A stretch of DNA of 64,000 nucleotides, taken from Schmidtea polychroa (lineage: Eukaryota). The notes below the pieces were generated by a model, which worked only from the letters and a program-made list of their open reading frames with translations, did not search any database and was not told the DNA's origin. The position numbers were made by a program, and so were the translations under genes. Positions 35,511-64,000 of the stretch are shown piece by piece; positions within the stretch are counted from its first letter, which is position 1, and every line of letters starts with the position of its first letter. The stretch covers positions 48,796,001-48,860,000 of the forward strand of contig CM097885.1 in the NCBI GenBank assembly GCA_044892525.1, read 5' to 3'.

Positions 35511-36141
35511 TGGGTATCACAAAGCTTGTAATGTTTATATTATTTTAATGTTAGACATCCGTAAAAAAAAATTTTACATTTTAAAAATACTCGCAAAAAT
35601 TTAGTTTTAAACAAAATCCATTTTCTCATGTGCGTGATAAATGATAGTGTTTCAGATAGTCCACAGTATTTTACTAATAGTCTTGTAATTAAAATCTGCA
35701 AAAATCTGCATTGACTGATTTTCAGCCATTAAGTACATTACCAACATTATCGTCGTCATGGGTACACATATGGTAAAAAGTAAAATAATCATGAATGCAT
35801 TAAGGAAAGAGTTGATAAAAAATCTATCCGCAAACCTAGACCATTTAAACAACACACACCATAGCGCCAATATCCTATATAGTACTAAATCGATATTATA
35901 AAGTCTAATTTAATGCCACGTCACTTTATTTAAATATTCATCTAAAATATATTAAATTACTTTTTCGTACGTAATAGTCGCCATTATGCTCGACAAACTC
36001 GGGAATTTTATTTTCATATTTCAAAGATAAATGTTGTCAACAAGATTTAAATTATCTCATTAGGCCGAATAAAAGATGAGTCCCAATTTCTACCGAAAAC
36101 ATATTAAAAAATACACTTTTAAGATTCTTTATTATTATGTA

Positions 36142-36176
36142 ACGCACGCGTTGCACGCCCACTTGGAGCGCCCCTG
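36142..36176. mobile_element. Isolated terminus of the same hAT family as 48254-51564
   Basis: ACGCACGCGTTGCACGCCCACTTGGAGCGCCCCTG is nearly identical to 51530-51564. Confidence 0.8.
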
Positions 36177-36200
36177 AATACAACTATCATCTATTAAATC

Positions 36201-36743
36201 CAAGACTGGCCTTCTTCATGAATGGGCCCGGTGCCAATATTTTTTGGGGCCCTCAACATATAAAAGAATAGTAATATCAACGGAAACGTCCTTTTTAAAA
36301 AAATACTTCATTTTTGTACTAATTTCTTTATTAGAAACTAAAATATTCATCAGTATTTTTTTTATTAATAAAATAATACAAAAACAATACAAAAACAAAA
36401 AAATATGAAAAAAGTACATAAAACATAATTAAACATAAACAATACATAAAAATAATTAACATTTACTAAACTTAACTTGTAATATGTGACTTTTTAATGA
36501 CCATATCATTAATTATATTAGAAAATTCACATTCTTTGACGTTACAAGACAGAACCCTCTAAGCAAGCATATTTAAAATGTTGCACGCGTAAATAAAATG
36601 ACATATATAACGAATGAAATGCGTATGATAAAAAATATCTAATGATTTTTTTACATATTATTTCTTAGTAATTAAAAATAAATTTTAAAAATATATAATT
36701 TTTTTCTTTTATTGGAGGCCCCCTGTAAAAGTTGCCGGCTCTG
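36201..36743. mobile_element. hAT-type MITE
   Basis: Imperfect TIR CAAGACTGGC / GCCGGCTCTG, TSD ATTAAATC / GTTAAATC, and GGGCCC motifs. Confidence 0.6.
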
Positions 36744-38325
36744 GTTAAATCTAATAATAAATACTGATGACTAAAATACAGATTGAAAGATTTTCCTATT
36801 ATATACAGTAAAACCTCGATTATTCGATATCCGGTTTATCCGAAAATAAAATAAAATTGTTGAAATGCAAAAAAATAACAGTGTGGATTTAATGTTATTT
36901 AGACATTGTTGTGACATAGCCACAAAAAAAGATTAAGTTCAAAAAAGCAGATATTGATTTTATCAATAAATAATTTGAAAATTTTTAGCTTATATTACAA
37001 TTTATATAATATTTGGATTAAGGTGGTTTATTTGACATTTTCGATCATCCAAAACTGAAAGTAAGGCATAATAAAAAAATATAGAAAAATATTCTTTCTC
37101 AAGAAAATTATCAATATAATATTTGTTAAATTAATAAAAATAATTTTTTAAAATTTTTTAAAATTTAAATAATATTCCAATTATAATCCATATTTATAAC
37201 GAGTGGGCTACCAGTTTTAGATCACTGTAATAAATAATTAACCGATATAAACTTAGATGTATAGTTTTCTCCCAATTACAAATTACCCATAATTTTCTAA
37301 TTCAAATTATATTATTTTTAAAATTCAATTAAAAACAAGAAATTTCAACATTTTTTTCAAGAATTTCTAAAATCAAACCAATAATTAACTTTTCAAATAG
37401 TAAGAAAAAAATCGCGATTTAACATTGAAAACTATAGTTTCGTTTCATTTACCAGTGGGAAAAAGTATATAAAATTGAAAAATTTTTTTTTACAATCTCA
37501 TATTATTCTATGGGTTCAATTGAAGGAAATATTCAGACAAAAAATTAACATTTTAATTAATTGGTGTAAATATCATATTGGATGAGATTCCAACTGGGGA
37601 ATGCAAATTCAATCACATGCCCCAATTATGAATGCACATTTTTCCCCAAATGATCCCCTAACAATGCACACGATCAGCTTATCTAATTTCTATTAATTTG
37701 CCAATGCTTAGAGATGGAACACTTTCCCAACTTTTGATTTTATCATAGAGGAAAATCAACAAAGTTATATAAAATAAATTTTTCCCCAATTAAATCCAAC
37801 TTATAAACGAAAAAAATGAAAAAAATAAACCACTTAACTTGATAAAACATGCATATGTTCATCGAGATCTGATACATTGCATATTGAATATTGTATAATA
37901 TTCATTACACACATACACAAATACACGCACAAACACACACGCAAATACACACAATACACACATAATCACATCACTTTAATGTATGAATTTCTTTTGATTT
38001 GAAAGAATAACCGCGAATTCTATGTTTTAATTCGATAATTACATAAATTTATTTCACCATTAGACGCACACGACGGTTTGCATTGTTAAAATTTAACGAA
38101 AAATAAAATAGTTTTCAAACAGTACAAAAAATAGGTTTATATCAAAATAAAATAAATTAATCCGAATCGAAAACAACAACAACAACCAAAAGCAAAACCG
38201 AAGAGGGGAATTTCAGGCATCATAATTGTTTATGGTTGGCTGGCCAAACTCGTGAATTTGATTCGTCACGACTGTTGAATATTGGATTTACACGGACTTC
38301 GAAACATTGATTTATAGTGATTTTA

Positions 38326-64000
<25,675 letters not shown>

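Noticed and set aside
35417..35580. Complete U1 snRNA gene
   Set aside because: Similarity stops after about 16 nt. No stem-loop I GATCACGAAG-like loop, stem-loop II ATTGCAC loop or Sm site is found at the expected spacing.
36806..36845. Tigger-like left end CAGTAAAACCTCGATT
   Set aside because: No convincing partner TIR was found, so the boundaries cannot be supported.

Overview
Very AT-rich, intron-containing animal genomic DNA with many (TA)n and (ATT)n microsatellites and 43-57 nt mini-introns. This composition suggests a flatworm such as a planarian, but that is inference only. There are three host genes. (1) A minus-strand invertebrate TRPV channel of the inactive/osm-9 type: six exons read from 17015 down to 1683, and the gene continues off the left edge. 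(2) A complete minus-strand LUC7-like U1 snRNP splicing factor with 6 exons and about 276 aa. (3) A plus-strand BMP1/tolloid metalloprotease with 13 exons from 38326, running off the right edge. Introns and intergenic DNA are packed with transposons: an intact 3.3-kb hAT with an 863-aa transposase, hAT, piggyBac and Tc1/mariner-type MITEs, three Merlin (IS1595-like) elements, decayed piggyBac and Buster transposases, and a Penelope fragment. The most unusual signal is repeated capture of intron-less housekeeping-gene fragments into mobile-element shells. A TG...CA solo-LTR-like unit (666-1503) holds an in-frame cofilin/Rab1 mosaic ORF. A sibling with the same 5' end carries the Prp19 N-terminus. 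A hAT element carries nitrilase (NIT2-like) plus NHERF-type PDZ fragments. There are also two minimal type-I hammerhead ribozyme motifs in inverted-repeat (Penelope pLTR-like) arrangements. All homology calls come from motif recognition by eye, not from database searches.
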